Positions 54,902-63,551 of a stretch of DNA of 64,000 nucleotides are shown here, piece by piece. Source of the stretch: a virus; the IMG/VR virus record IMGVR_UViG_3300036831_000148, positions 1 to 64,000 of that record, one strand, 5' to 3'. The notes below the pieces were generated by a model, which was not told the DNA's origin, made no database searches, and worked only from the letters and a program-made list of their open reading frames with translations. Position 1 is the stretch's first letter, and every line of letters starts with the position of its first letter. A program made the translations under genes and the position numbers.

Positions 54902-55364
54902 ACATACTGCCCAGCCCGCCGGAGGCCACGCCGCCGCGGTCGGCGTCCACCGCCCGGCGGACCAGCGGGTGCATGACCGCCAGGATCTCCACCGGCCCGG
55001 CCCGGCACACCCGGACTGCCGCCTGCGCGTCGGCGAACCGCCCCGCCGGCTCCCCGACCCGGGCGGCGAGCTCGGCCAGCGACCGCTCCCAGTCCGCCTC
55101 ACCCAGCCCGGCCACGTGCGCCATCAGCTTCTCGAACGGCATCGCCGGGCGGGTCACCCGGACGAAGGTACCCGCCCCCTGGCGGGCCTCGGCCAGCCCC
55201 TCGCGGACGATCACGTCCAGCGCCTTGCGGGCGGTCGCCCGGGCGACCCCGTACGACATCATCAGGTCGTTCTCGCCGGGCAGCCGGCTCCCGGGCGGGA
55301 AGGTGCCCGCGGCGATGCCGGTACGCAGGTCGGCGGCGATCAGGGGGTACCTGGGGCGCTCCAC
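54879..55364 (-). CDS. GntR-family transcriptional regulator
   Basis: Y..IA..LR..I..G.F.PG.RLP.E..L...YGVAR.TARKAL..I..EGL...QG.GTFV winged helix. Confidence 0.88.
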   Translation of the reverse strand: MERPRYPLIAADLRTGIAAGTFPPGSRLPGENDLMMSYGVARATARKALDVIVREGLAEARQGAGTFVRVTRPAMPFEKLMAHVAGLGEADWERSLAELAARVGEPAGRFADAQAAVRVCRAGPVEILAVMHPLVRRAVDADRGGVASGGLGSMFDSSQEG

Positions 55365-55524
55365 GTCCGGAAGCGTACACCGGCGTTCACGGCTGTTCAC
55401 AGTCGTTCGGAACCGTGCTGCCTGGTGACAGCGGGCGGCAGGCCGTGCACACTGGAGGTGCCTTCCGGTTGCGCGGACGGGCGAGACTGATGGCGCTGGG
55501 GGAGCCGCATGCGGCGCGGCTCCC

Positions 55525-57489
55525 TCACTGCGCGTAGTCCCCGCTGACGCTGCCCCAGTCGTCCAGGTAGCTGGACCCGTACTCGAAGCCCGGCCGGTCA
55601 CCGGGCAGGAACTGGTCGGGACCGAGCATCACCAGCGTCCCCGGCATTCCCGCGGGCGAGGGGATGTCCGCCTCCGGCCCGTAGAACGAGACCTGGCCGG
55701 GATAGGCGCGCTTGCCGTTCGGGTCCTCCTGGCCCCCGGCCTCCAGCGCGCCGCAGGCCGCGCCGGCGAGGGAGTCGGCCTCGTCCTTGGACGAGTCGCC
55801 CAGGTGGTCGATCTTGCCGTTCGGCAGCCGGGACAGGCCGAGCAGCTCCACCACGGTCAGCTCCCGGGCCGGCATCTGCAGCCTGCCCTCGTACATGAGG
55901 TCGCGCAGGGTGCGCCAGCCCTCCTCCGACACGTCGGTGGAGAACCGGTCGGTCTCGATGCCGTGGCTCTCCAGGATCTGCATGCTGTCCTTGGACTGCC
56001 ACTGGTCAAAGGTGAAGCGGACCACCGGGAAACCCATCCGGCGCAGCTCCAGGCACAGCATCCGCGCCCAGCGGATCTGGATCTCCATCGGCGGCACCGC
56101 GCCGGGGCTGGACTCGTAGCTGATGGTGAAGTCCACCTTCACCACCGGGCGGCGCTCCTGGACCTGGATCTCCAGGCCGTCCTCGTCGTAGCCGGTCAGG
56201 GCGTGATCCTGCCAGCGCTTGACGTGGGCCATCGACACGCCGGCCCGGTCGCCGGTGGCCGCCAGGTCGGCGTGCATCGCGTACAGCGCGCCCTTCACCG
56301 GGAACAGCTCAGGGCTGAAGGTGTACTGCGGCTTCCAGGTGGCGCCCTCGCGCACGTAGGAGACGCTCACCGGCGGCATGACGTACTCGGTCAGGCAGTC
56401 GCGGATCGCCGCCTCGTTGGCGAAGTACGGGTTGATGGCGCGCCGCGGGCGGCACTCGTACTTGGCCTCCGCCAGCGCCGGGTCCTTCTCGTAGTCCTCG
56501 GCGAACGACTCCTTGCCCTTGATCCGCGGGTTCGCCTCCCAGGTGGCGAGCGGCCCGGACACGTAGTAGCGGCTGGCCTCGCCCTTGGCCTCGTTGTCGG
56601 CCTTGCCCTTCGCCACCAGTTGCTGGATGGTGCTGCCCAGGTAGCGCGGGTAGGAGATGTGGACGTTCTTGAACGTCTCCGGGAACCGCGTAGTGGCGCT
56701 GGTCCGGATCATGTCCAGGATCGCCTCGGCCGAACTGGAGGACTCGCGCTGCTTGGCCCCGCCTGACTTGGCGAGCTCGGCGGCCGAGCGGAACGCGTCG
56801 ATCTCGTCGGCGATCCCCAGGATCAGGTTCAGCCCCTCCTGGCTGTCGGCGTCGCTGTGCCCGGAGACCGCCTCGATGTTGTGCTCGAACCGGATGGTGT
56901 CCAGCAGCGCGGTGGTCCGCTCGCCGCGGCTGCCCCGGCGCTGCCGCTCGGCGGCGTCCAGGATGTCCACGCCCTGGCGCTGGAACCAGCAGCCGGGCCG
57001 GCCGACGGCGCGGCGCATGGGGGCGAAGAACGCGCGCTGCGCCTGCTTCGAAGATGATGCGACGTTCAGGACGTGGATCGAATCCTGCTCGGGCATCCGG
57101 TAGTAAAGCTGCGGACTCTTCAGGCACAGCAGCAGGTAGCAGACCCGCATGGCGATCATCCGGCAGGTGTGGTCCTTGCCTCCGCCCTTGCCCCACTCCA
57201 GCTCCAGGAAGTTGACCATCCTGGTCGGCTGGCTCCAGTAGTCCCGGACCTTCCGCTCGGCGCTGCCCGCCAGCAGGGCGTAGGTGTCCAGGTAGTAGAC
57301 CCGCTCGGCGTGCCGCACCGCCTCGTACTGGACGTCGCTCAGCGGCGGGTTCGCCAGGTAGGCGCGGTCCTGCACGAACACGTCAAGCGGGACCGGCTCC
57401 TCCTCGAAGATGCTGGTCCCGCTTACGGAGGTGCCAGTGCCGCCGACCGCCCCGAGCAGGGCCGCCGCGGCAGCGCCGGCTGACGCCAC
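55525..57489 (-). CDS. terL: Terminase large subunit
   Basis: Walker A WGKGGGKD; Walker B ILGIADEIDAF; nuclease motifs HADLA..GD, FDQWQS and KDEADS. Confidence 0.9.
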   Translation of the reverse strand: MASAGAAAAALLGAVGGTGTSVSGTSIFEEEPVPLDVFVQDRAYLANPPLSDVQYEAVRHAERVYYLDTYALLAGSAERKVRDYWSQPTRMVNFLELEWGKGGGKDHTCRMIAMRVCYLLLCLKSPQLYYRMPEQDSIHVLNVASSSKQAQRAFFAPMRRAVGRPGCWFQRQGVDILDAAERQRRGSRGERTTALLDTIRFEHNIEAVSGHSDADSQEGLNLILGIADEIDAFRSAAELAKSGGAKQRESSSSAEAILDMIRTSATTRFPETFKNVHISYPRYLGSTIQQLVAKGKADNEAKGEASRYYVSGPLATWEANPRIKGKESFAEDYEKDPALAEAKYECRPRRAINPYFANEAAIRDCLTEYVMPPVSVSYVREGATWKPQYTFSPELFPVKGALYAMHADLAATGDRAGVSMAHVKRWQDHALTGYDEDGLEIQVQERRPVVKVDFTISYESSPGAVPPMEIQIRWARMLCLELRRMGFPVVRFTFDQWQSKDSMQILESHGIETDRFSTDVSEEGWRTLRDLMYEGRLQMPARELTVVELLGLSRLPNGKIDHLGDSSKDEADSLAGAACGALEAGGQEDPNGKRAYPGQVSFYGPEADIPSPAGMPGTLVMLGPDQFLPGDRPGFEYGSSYLDDWGSVSGDYAQ

Positions 57490-57492
57490 CCG

Positions 57493-57660
57493 CTACCAGC
57501 GCCGCGCGTCCGGCCACCACAGCCGGAACGCCAGGTGCCCGGCGATGAAAAGCAGGACCACGAAGGCGATGGCGAGCAGGTGCTGGACGGAGATCGTGTT
57601 GTCCGTCCAGGCGAGTACCGCGCCGATGACGGAGACAAGGCAGGCGATGACAGCGAGCAT
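57493..57660 (-). CDS. Small 2-TM membrane protein
   Basis: MLAVIACLVSVIGAVLAW...LLAIAFVVLLFIAGHLAF; AGGAGG RBS. Confidence 0.6.
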   Translation of the reverse strand: MLAVIACLVSVIGAVLAWTDNTISVQHLLAIAFVVLLFIAGHLAFRLWWPDARRW

Positions 57661-57662
57661 GG

Positions 57663-58466
57663 TTACCAGGCCCTCCTAGGCTCGGAGCCCGGCCGGTGCA
57701 GCGGGCCGCCGTCGTGGTTGTTGTCCCCGTAGTGCTGGTGCTCGTGCTCGTGGGTGGCGGTCATCGCGTGCGCGTGGCTGTGCGTGCCGGTCATGGACGC
57801 GTGGTGCATCGCCACCGCCGCCGGGCCCGCCATCCGGGCGGCGAGCGCCAGCATGGAGGCGGCGGCCTTCTCGCCGTCCTCCTCCCGGTCGCCGCCGAAG
57901 CCGGGCAGCGAGTTCACGTCCACGCCCATCTCCCGCGCCCGCTTGCGGATCAGCGCCTTCGCCGCGCCGGCGTTGCCGTGGCCGGAGGCAGCCAGCACGG
58001 CCGCGCTGTGCAGGTGCTTCCTGTCCTCGATCGGGAAGCTGCCGTCGGGCAGCGCGTGGCCGGCCTTCGCCGCCTTCTTGCGCCCGCCCGCGGTCTCGCT
58101 CTCCGGGGTAAGCGTCACCAGCGCCAGGTCCCGGCCCGGCTGGCCGGCCAGGATCTCGCCGAGCGCCGCAGCCAACTGGGAGGCCTTCACGCTCTTGTCC
58201 GAGCGGGCGCACATGGACGCGGCCCGCTTGGCCGGGACCTTCCGCTTCACCAGGGCCTTGAAGGTGGCGTGGGAGGAGTGCTCGCCGCCGCCTCCCCCGT
58301 CGTCGTCATCGTCGTCCTTGCCGCCGTCCTTCTCGTCGTCGTCAGCAGCGGCGAGCAGGGTCAGCAGCTCCCTGGTGGCGACCTGCGCGGCGAGCAGCAG
58401 ATCCGCGTCCAGGTCGGGAGACGGCGGGACGGCGCCCGACAGTTCGAGCAGCTTCTCCAGTGACAC
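57663..58466 (-). CDS. Hypothetical protein with DUF6582-like motif and His-rich C-terminus
   Basis: ALPDGSFPIED..HL..A...GH.N....KA.I.KRA; HSHAH...HEHEHQH tail. Confidence 0.6.
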   Translation of the reverse strand: MSLEKLLELSGAVPPSPDLDADLLLAAQVATRELLTLLAAADDDEKDGGKDDDDDDGGGGGEHSSHATFKALVKRKVPAKRAASMCARSDKSVKASQLAAALGEILAGQPGRDLALVTLTPESETAGGRKKAAKAGHALPDGSFPIEDRKHLHSAAVLAASGHGNAGAAKALIRKRAREMGVDVNSLPGFGGDREEDGEKAAASMLALAARMAGPAAVAMHHASMTGTHSHAHAMTATHEHEHQHYGDNNHDGGPLHRPGSEPRRAW

Positions 58467-58672
58467 CGTGCCTCCCAGGGGCGATCTGGCTCCGCCCGGG
58501 TTATCGGACTACTTCGCGGGGAGAGCGCCGGAGGGCTTCTTAACCGTCGCGGGGGGCTTCTTAGCGGCAGCTGGCGCCGGGTGGCTGGCCATGTGCTCCA
58601 CGTGCAGGTGGTGGAGGTGCTCCAGGTGGGCGACGTGCTCGGCGTGCAGCCTGTGCAGGTGCTCAACGTGCT

Positions 58673-60235
58673 CTACGTGAAGCTGGTGGGCGTCCGGGCG
58701 GGGCCGTTCGGGTTGTCGGTCGCCAGCGGCCGGTAGGTGACCGGGCTGACGCCCTTGCCCCCGGCCTGCATCCGGGCGGCATCGTCCGCCGAGTGGGTCA
58801 GGTTCTGGCCCATCGCCAGCGCCTGGACGTGGTGGTGGATGTGCCGGGCCAGGTCGTGCGCGCCGGACTCGCGGGCGACCACGCAGGCGCGGAGCGCGGA
58901 CTGGGCTGCCCCGCCCGGGTTGGTGGCGAGCATCCGGCGGGCCGAGTCCAGGTACGCGCTCACCTTCGCCTTGTCCAGCGCGGGCAGCGCGTTCAGTTGC
59001 CGGCGCGCGTCCGGGTCGGCGATGTCCAGCAGGTTCTCCAGCGGCTGGATCAGCGGGGTACGCATCGACGTGTCGGAGGTGACCGGCTCGGACACGTCCT
59101 TCCCCGTCACCGCGGCGAGCGCCAGCACCCGGTCAAGAGCGGTCATGTCGTCCTCCTGCGTCATCCGGGCCATCTGGCTCGGGCCGTTGTACACGCCGTG
59201 GAAGTAGCGCTTGCGGATCCGGTCGGTGAGCGCGCCCAGCGCCTGCTCGGCCTTGCGCCAGGCCAGCACCTTGTGCTGGCCCTGAAGCATCGCCGTAGTC
59301 GCCGAGGACTGCCCGGCGGGCGGGATGCGGGTGAACACGTTGGCGGTGTAGGCCGAGGGCAGCATGTTTCCCTGGTCGGCCTTGTGCGCCGCGTACATGG
59401 CCGCCTGGGCGCTGCGCATCACCGCCAGCGCTTCCAGGGGGTTGTCCTTGCTGAGCTTGTAGGCGGCCTGCTCCAGGAACTTGCGGGCGGTCGCCGACAG
59501 GCTGGCGTCCGAGCACTCGGGCACCAGCGGGATGACGGCGCGCACCTCTGCCGCCGTCGGCAGCTTCGCCGCGGGCGGCAGCGGCGGGCTGGGGGCGATG
59601 GCCTGCACCGGGTTCTGGTGCAGCCCGTACTGGGAATACCGCCCTCCGGGTGGCGGCGGCAGAGTAAAGGGGCGCGCGCCCGGGGCCGTCGCCACCGCCA
59701 GCTCCACCGCCGAGGCGGCGGCGCGGTCCCCGTGGCGCGCATGCGCCTCCGCCCGCTCCTGCTCCCACTGCGCCACGTTCCGCGCGGCGGCGGCCCGCAC
59801 GTCCGGGTGGGTGCGCTTGCCCTTGCCGCTCTTGGTCTTCCAGCCGCCCGGGTTCACCCCGGCCGCCCACTTCTTGACGATGCCGACCGCCACCCCGTAG
59901 GCGGCGTGCTTGCCGTAGCGCGCCACCAGGTGCGGGTACAGGTGCTCGATGTAGGGCGGCAGGTGGTGGCCCTTCATGTGGAACAGGCCCGGCCCGCCCG
60001 GCGGCACCGTCGGCTTCACCACCGTGGAGGCTTCCGGCGTGCGCGGGGTGAACTTGACCAGCGCGCCGCCCTCGCTCAGCCCGCGCGGCTCTCCCGTTGC
60101 GGGCCTGCAGTGCAGGTCAGGGTGCTCCCGGCCACCCTTGTCCACGTGTCGGTACCACGGGCACTCGCGCAGCAGGTGATCGTGCGCCTCGCGTTCATCG
60201 TGCGCCGCCTCCAGGAGATCCAGGGCACCGGCCAT
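58673..60235 (-). CDS. Large hypothetical protein (possibly extended to 58509 by a -1 shift)
   Basis: ATG overlaps the upstream stop; 520 aa. Confidence 0.6.
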   Translation of the reverse strand: MAGALDLLEAAHDEREAHDHLLRECPWYRHVDKGGREHPDLHCRPATGEPRGLSEGGALVKFTPRTPEASTVVKPTVPPGGPGLFHMKGHHLPPYIEHLYPHLVARYGKHAAYGVAVGIVKKWAAGVNPGGWKTKSGKGKRTHPDVRAAAARNVAQWEQERAEAHARHGDRAAASAVELAVATAPGARPFTLPPPPGGRYSQYGLHQNPVQAIAPSPPLPPAAKLPTAAEVRAVIPLVPECSDASLSATARKFLEQAAYKLSKDNPLEALAVMRSAQAAMYAAHKADQGNMLPSAYTANVFTRIPPAGQSSATTAMLQGQHKVLAWRKAEQALGALTDRIRKRYFHGVYNGPSQMARMTQEDDMTALDRVLALAAVTGKDVSEPVTSDTSMRTPLIQPLENLLDIADPDARRQLNALPALDKAKVSAYLDSARRMLATNPGGAAQSALRACVVARESGAHDLARHIHHHVQALAMGQNLTHSADDAARMQAGGKGVSPVTYRPLATDNPNGPARTPTSFT

Positions 60236-60678
60236 CAGGCACCTGCCAGCGCCTCGACGAACTTGTCCTGCAGCATCGCGCGCAGCCCCTTGTCGTCCAC
60301 CTCGCCGAGCACCCGCAGGAACACGTCGCGGACCTGCTCGGGGGTCAGCCCCCCGGTGGCCTGCGGCCGGCTCTTGGACCGCACGTCGTCCCAGGTACGG
60401 GCGATGGCCTCCCAGGCGAGCAGCGCGTCCTTCTCCTGGCCGGGGTGGGCGTAGCCGTCGTCGGTGCCGTAGCCGTGCCGGGAGGTCTGCTGGTGCTTGA
60501 AGTACCAGCCGAGCAGCACGCTGGTCCGCATGATCTGCGCGGCCGACATGTCCAGGCCCTCGCACTCGCGCCGGATCGTCGCGTAGAACTCCTCGTACCC
60601 GCGGCGCAGGTCGTCGTCGGTCACCGTCCCCGGGCAGGAGAACAGGCCGTCAATCTTGTCCCAGTCAGCGCTTGCCAC
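60235..60678 (-). CDS. Hypothetical helical protein, candidate terminase small subunit
   Basis: 147 aa; first gene after a CGATT-N8 motif upstream of terL; function inferred from position only. Confidence 0.35.
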   Translation of the reverse strand: MASADWDKIDGLFSCPGTVTDDDLRRGYEEFYATIRRECEGLDMSAAQIMRTSVLLGWYFKHQQTSRHGYGTDDGYAHPGQEKDALLAWEAIARTWDDVRSKSRPQATGGLTPEQVRDVFLRVLGEVDDKGLRAMLQDKFVEALAGA

Positions 60679-60711
60679 GCCCCTGTAATCGGGCGCCGCA
60701 GTCCCTCGCCC

Positions 60712-60999
60712 TCACGAACCCGCGCCAGCAGCCTCCCGCACCCGGCACGGCGACCACTGCTCGCAGGCCGGGCAGCGGTCGTAGCGCTCAGTCCGCAGGC
60801 CGTACCCGGCCGGGTGCTGCAGTTGCATCAGGGCCAACTGGGGGATCTTGCGGCCGAGTGAGTCCTCCCCGCGGCGGGCGAGCTCGGCGAACACCTGCTC
60901 GTCGGTCATGCCCTGAGTGCCGTTCAGCACCGGGGCGGACCGCGCGCAGGTGCCCTCCGCGAAGGCGTACTGCAGCGGGTGCTCCTCGTCCAGGCCCAC
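60712..60999 (-). CDS. Hypothetical protein with H...CxxC...C motif
   Basis: TAGTG coupling. Confidence 0.45.
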   Translation of the reverse strand: MGLDEEHPLQYAFAEGTCARSAPVLNGTQGMTDEQVFAELARRGEDSLGRKIPQLALMQLQHPAGYGLRTERYDRCPACEQWSPCRVREAAGAGS

Positions 61000-61175
61000 T
61001 AGAACCCCGTCACGATGAACGGGGACAGCGGCTTCTCCAGGCTCTCCCGGAGCATGTCCCGCGAGTACGCCGCCAGCAGCCACGCCGTCCCGAAGCTGTG
61101 CCCGTAGCTCACCTGCAGGGCGACCGCGCACTCCACCGTCCAGCGGTCCAGGGCCGCCTTCTCCTCCAGGCTCAC
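60999..61175 (-). CDS. Hypothetical small protein
   Basis: GTGA coupling to the GT17 stop. Confidence 0.4.
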   Translation of the reverse strand: MSLEEKAALDRWTVECAVALQVSYGHSFGTAWLLAAYSRDMLRESLEKPLSPFIVTGF

Positions 61176-61972
61176 CGCGGCCGGAACCACTCAGGGGGGC
61201 AGCGCCGCTCGCGGATGTAGCGCGGCCAGGACTGGTTCACGTCCACCGGGACCAGCCGGCCGGACCGGCGCGGCGGCGGGTACGGGGCGATGGCCGGCCC
61301 GTGCCAGGTGAAGCCCTGCTCGTACCACTCGCCTGCCTCGTTGCCGTCCAGGATCATCTCGCGCAGCTCCAGGTGGCAGAACTGGCCCGCCTTGCGGCGG
61401 ATCGCCTCCGGCCCGCCCAGCCAGGTGAAGTGCCAGCCGCAGCCCGGCGCCAGCGGCAGCCGGGCGCGCACCCCGTTGTCCCGCACGACGTGCAGCGGGA
61501 CCTCCGCCAGGGCCTTCGCCCGCCCGGCGACGGCGATCCGGGCCTGCTCCGGGTACACCCAGTCAACCGCGAACATGGACAGCCACATGCCCATCGCGAC
61601 CGGGCCGTCCGGCTGCATCGAGACCGCCGCGTCCGAGGGGATCTCGTCCACGTCGCAGACCAGCACCAGGTCCTCCGGCTCCGCGTCGCCCTCCAGGCCG
61701 CGCCAGACGGCCTGCCGCTGGGCGAACTCGCGGTCCCAGGGGTTGGCGGTCTCCGCCCGGGTGGGCAGGTCGGCGACCACGTGGGTGATCCGGTCCAGCC
61801 ACGGGCTGAACCGGTCCCGGTTCTCGCCGAAGTGCAGCGGCTTCGGGTTGCCCTGGTGGTCAACCGCGGCCTCCACCAGGACGTGCCGGTCCACCTTGCC
61901 GTCCAGTTCAATGAGGCGGCACTCCAGCATGTCCAGCTCGTCGCCGAACAGGAAGGTGTCGAAGACCTTCAC
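61172..61972 (-). CDS. Glycosyltransferase family 17-like
   Basis: FDTFLF..ELDMLE.R..EL...VD..VLVEA...G..KPL.F; W.RE..QR; DVDEIP; GWHFTW motifs. Confidence 0.85.
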   Translation of the reverse strand: MKVFDTFLFGDELDMLECRLIELDGKVDRHVLVEAAVDHQGNPKPLHFGENRDRFSPWLDRITHVVADLPTRAETANPWDREFAQRQAVWRGLEGDAEPEDLVLVCDVDEIPSDAAVSMQPDGPVAMGMWLSMFAVDWVYPEQARIAVAGRAKALAEVPLHVVRDNGVRARLPLAPGCGWHFTWLGGPEAIRRKAGQFCHLELREMILDGNEAGEWYEQGFTWHGPAIAPYPPPRRSGRLVPVDVNQSWPRYIRERRCPPEWFRPR

Positions 61973-61974
61973 CG

Positions 61975-62664
61975 CTAGCTGACCACGTTGCCGCGCCCGG
62001 TGCGCCGGTGGTCCCAGTGGTGCAGCGCCACCGCGCCCGGCAGGGCGTCCAGGTCCCAGTAGGCGTCCGCGGTCTCGCCGGGCGGGATCGCCGACCAGTG
62101 CACCGGGTTGAACACCTCGGCGCCGAACACCGTGAGGCTCTCCGGCAGGCGCTGGTACATCCCGGTGAGCAGCAGCGGGCCGGTCATGTGGTTCATGTGC
62201 AGGTCGCCGGCGTCGCGCAGCGCGAAGTAGCGCACCGGCAGCTCGGCCACCACCGCCAGCCAGAACGGGTGCCAGGGCGGCCCGCCGAAGACGGCGTTGA
62301 CCACGTGGTGCCGCTCGGCCTCCTCCCAGCTCGCCCACGCCCGCCCGTCGGTCATCTCCGGGCGCAGCGGGCGGACCGGCTGCAGGTCGCAGTTGGCGTA
62401 GATCCCGCCGAACTTGGCCACCAGGTCGTAGCCGATGACGTCGGCCAGCGCGGTGGGCAGCTCCACCGAGTTCCCGTTGGTGCACCGCGCGCGCAGGTCG
62501 TCCAGCACGGGCTCGTTGGCCAGGTCGGCGGGCAGGTCCTGCCACGACCAGTCGTGCACGACCCAGCCGGGGTTCAGCTCCCGCCACCGCTGGCCGTACT
62601 CGCGGAACCGCTGCGGCATCGGGCGCGGCCCCAGCCACAGCCGGTGAATGATCTCCGGAATCAC
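61975..62664 (-). CDS. Glycosyltransferase family 32 (OCH1-like)
   Basis: IP.IIH..W, NPGW, ADV..Y, GGIYAN.D, HPF, TGP and HHW motifs. Confidence 0.85.
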   Translation of the reverse strand: MIPEIIHRLWLGPRPMPQRFREYGQRWRELNPGWVVHDWSWQDLPADLANEPVLDDLRARCTNGNSVELPTALADVIGYDLVAKFGGIYANCDLQPVRPLRPEMTDGRAWASWEEAERHHVVNAVFGGPPWHPFWLAVVAELPVRYFALRDAGDLHMNHMTGPLLLTGMYQRLPESLTVFGAEVFNPVHWSAIPPGETADAYWDLDALPGAVALHHWDHRRTGRGNVVS

Positions 62665-63551
62665 GCGAACATCCTCCGGTAGTGGGCCGCGGCCTCGGCC
62701 ATGCCGTCCTCCAACTGGACGAACGAGAGCGGGTCCAGGCCCAGGCCGCGCACCTTGTCCGGGTCGGCGAGCACCTCCGAGCCCGGCGTCTCGCCTGGCC
62801 GCATCGGCAGGTGCTCGATGCCCGCCTGGATGCCCGCCTGCTCGCGGAGCACGGCCTGCGCGCACCGCGCGACCTCCAGGATGGTGGTGCGCCGCCCGGT
62901 GCCGGCCTCGTAGATCAGCCCCGGCTTGCCCTGCTCCAGCGCCTGCACCAGGCAGCGGGCCACGTCGGTGACGTAGATCATGTCCATCACCTGGCTGCCG
63001 TCGCCGTACACCTGGATGGTCTCGCCGTGCAGCGCCCGGGAGAGGAACGACGGCACCACCTTGCGCACCCGGCTGGTGCCGTACGGCTGGGCGACAGACT
63101 GGCCGGGGCCGTAGGCGTTGAACGCGCGGACGCTGCACGCGTGCAGGCCCCGGTGCCGGGCGTACATGACGGTGAACCGGTCAACGGTGGTCTTGGAGAT
63201 CGAGTAGGTGGAGAACTCGAACCAGTTGCCGACCGCGATGTTCACCAGCGGCGCCCCGTACTGGGCGCAGGCCTGCAGCACGTTGAGCCCGCCCAGGATG
63301 TTGGTCTCCGCGGCCGGGAGCGGGTTGGCGATCGTCTCCTGGGTGCCGAGCACGCCGGCCAGGTGAATCACGGCGTCCGCGTGGGCGACCGCCTCGGTGA
63401 CCGCGGTGGCGTCCCGGATGTCGCCGAGGATCAGGTTGCCGCTCACCTGCCGCTTGCGGTCAAAGATGACCGGCTCGTGGCCGCGCTGCCGCAGCTCCTG
63501 GCAGGTGGCCCGCCCGATGAAGCCGTCCCCGCCGGTGACCAGGACCTTCAC
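62661..63551 (-). CDS. NAD-dependent nucleotide-sugar epimerase/dehydratase
   Basis: VTGGDGFIG, HLAG, YSISK, NAYGPGQ and RPGE motifs. Confidence 0.92.
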   Translation of the reverse strand: MKVLVTGGDGFIGRATCQELRQRGHEPVIFDRKRQVSGNLILGDIRDATAVTEAVAHADAVIHLAGVLGTQETIANPLPAAETNILGGLNVLQACAQYGAPLVNIAVGNWFEFSTYSISKTTVDRFTVMYARHRGLHACSVRAFNAYGPGQSVAQPYGTSRVRKVVPSFLSRALHGETIQVYGDGSQVMDMIYVTDVARCLVQALEQGKPGLIYEAGTGRRTTILEVARCAQAVLREQAGIQAGIEHLPMRPGETPGSEVLADPDKVRGLGLDPLSFVQLEDGMAEAAAHYRRMFA

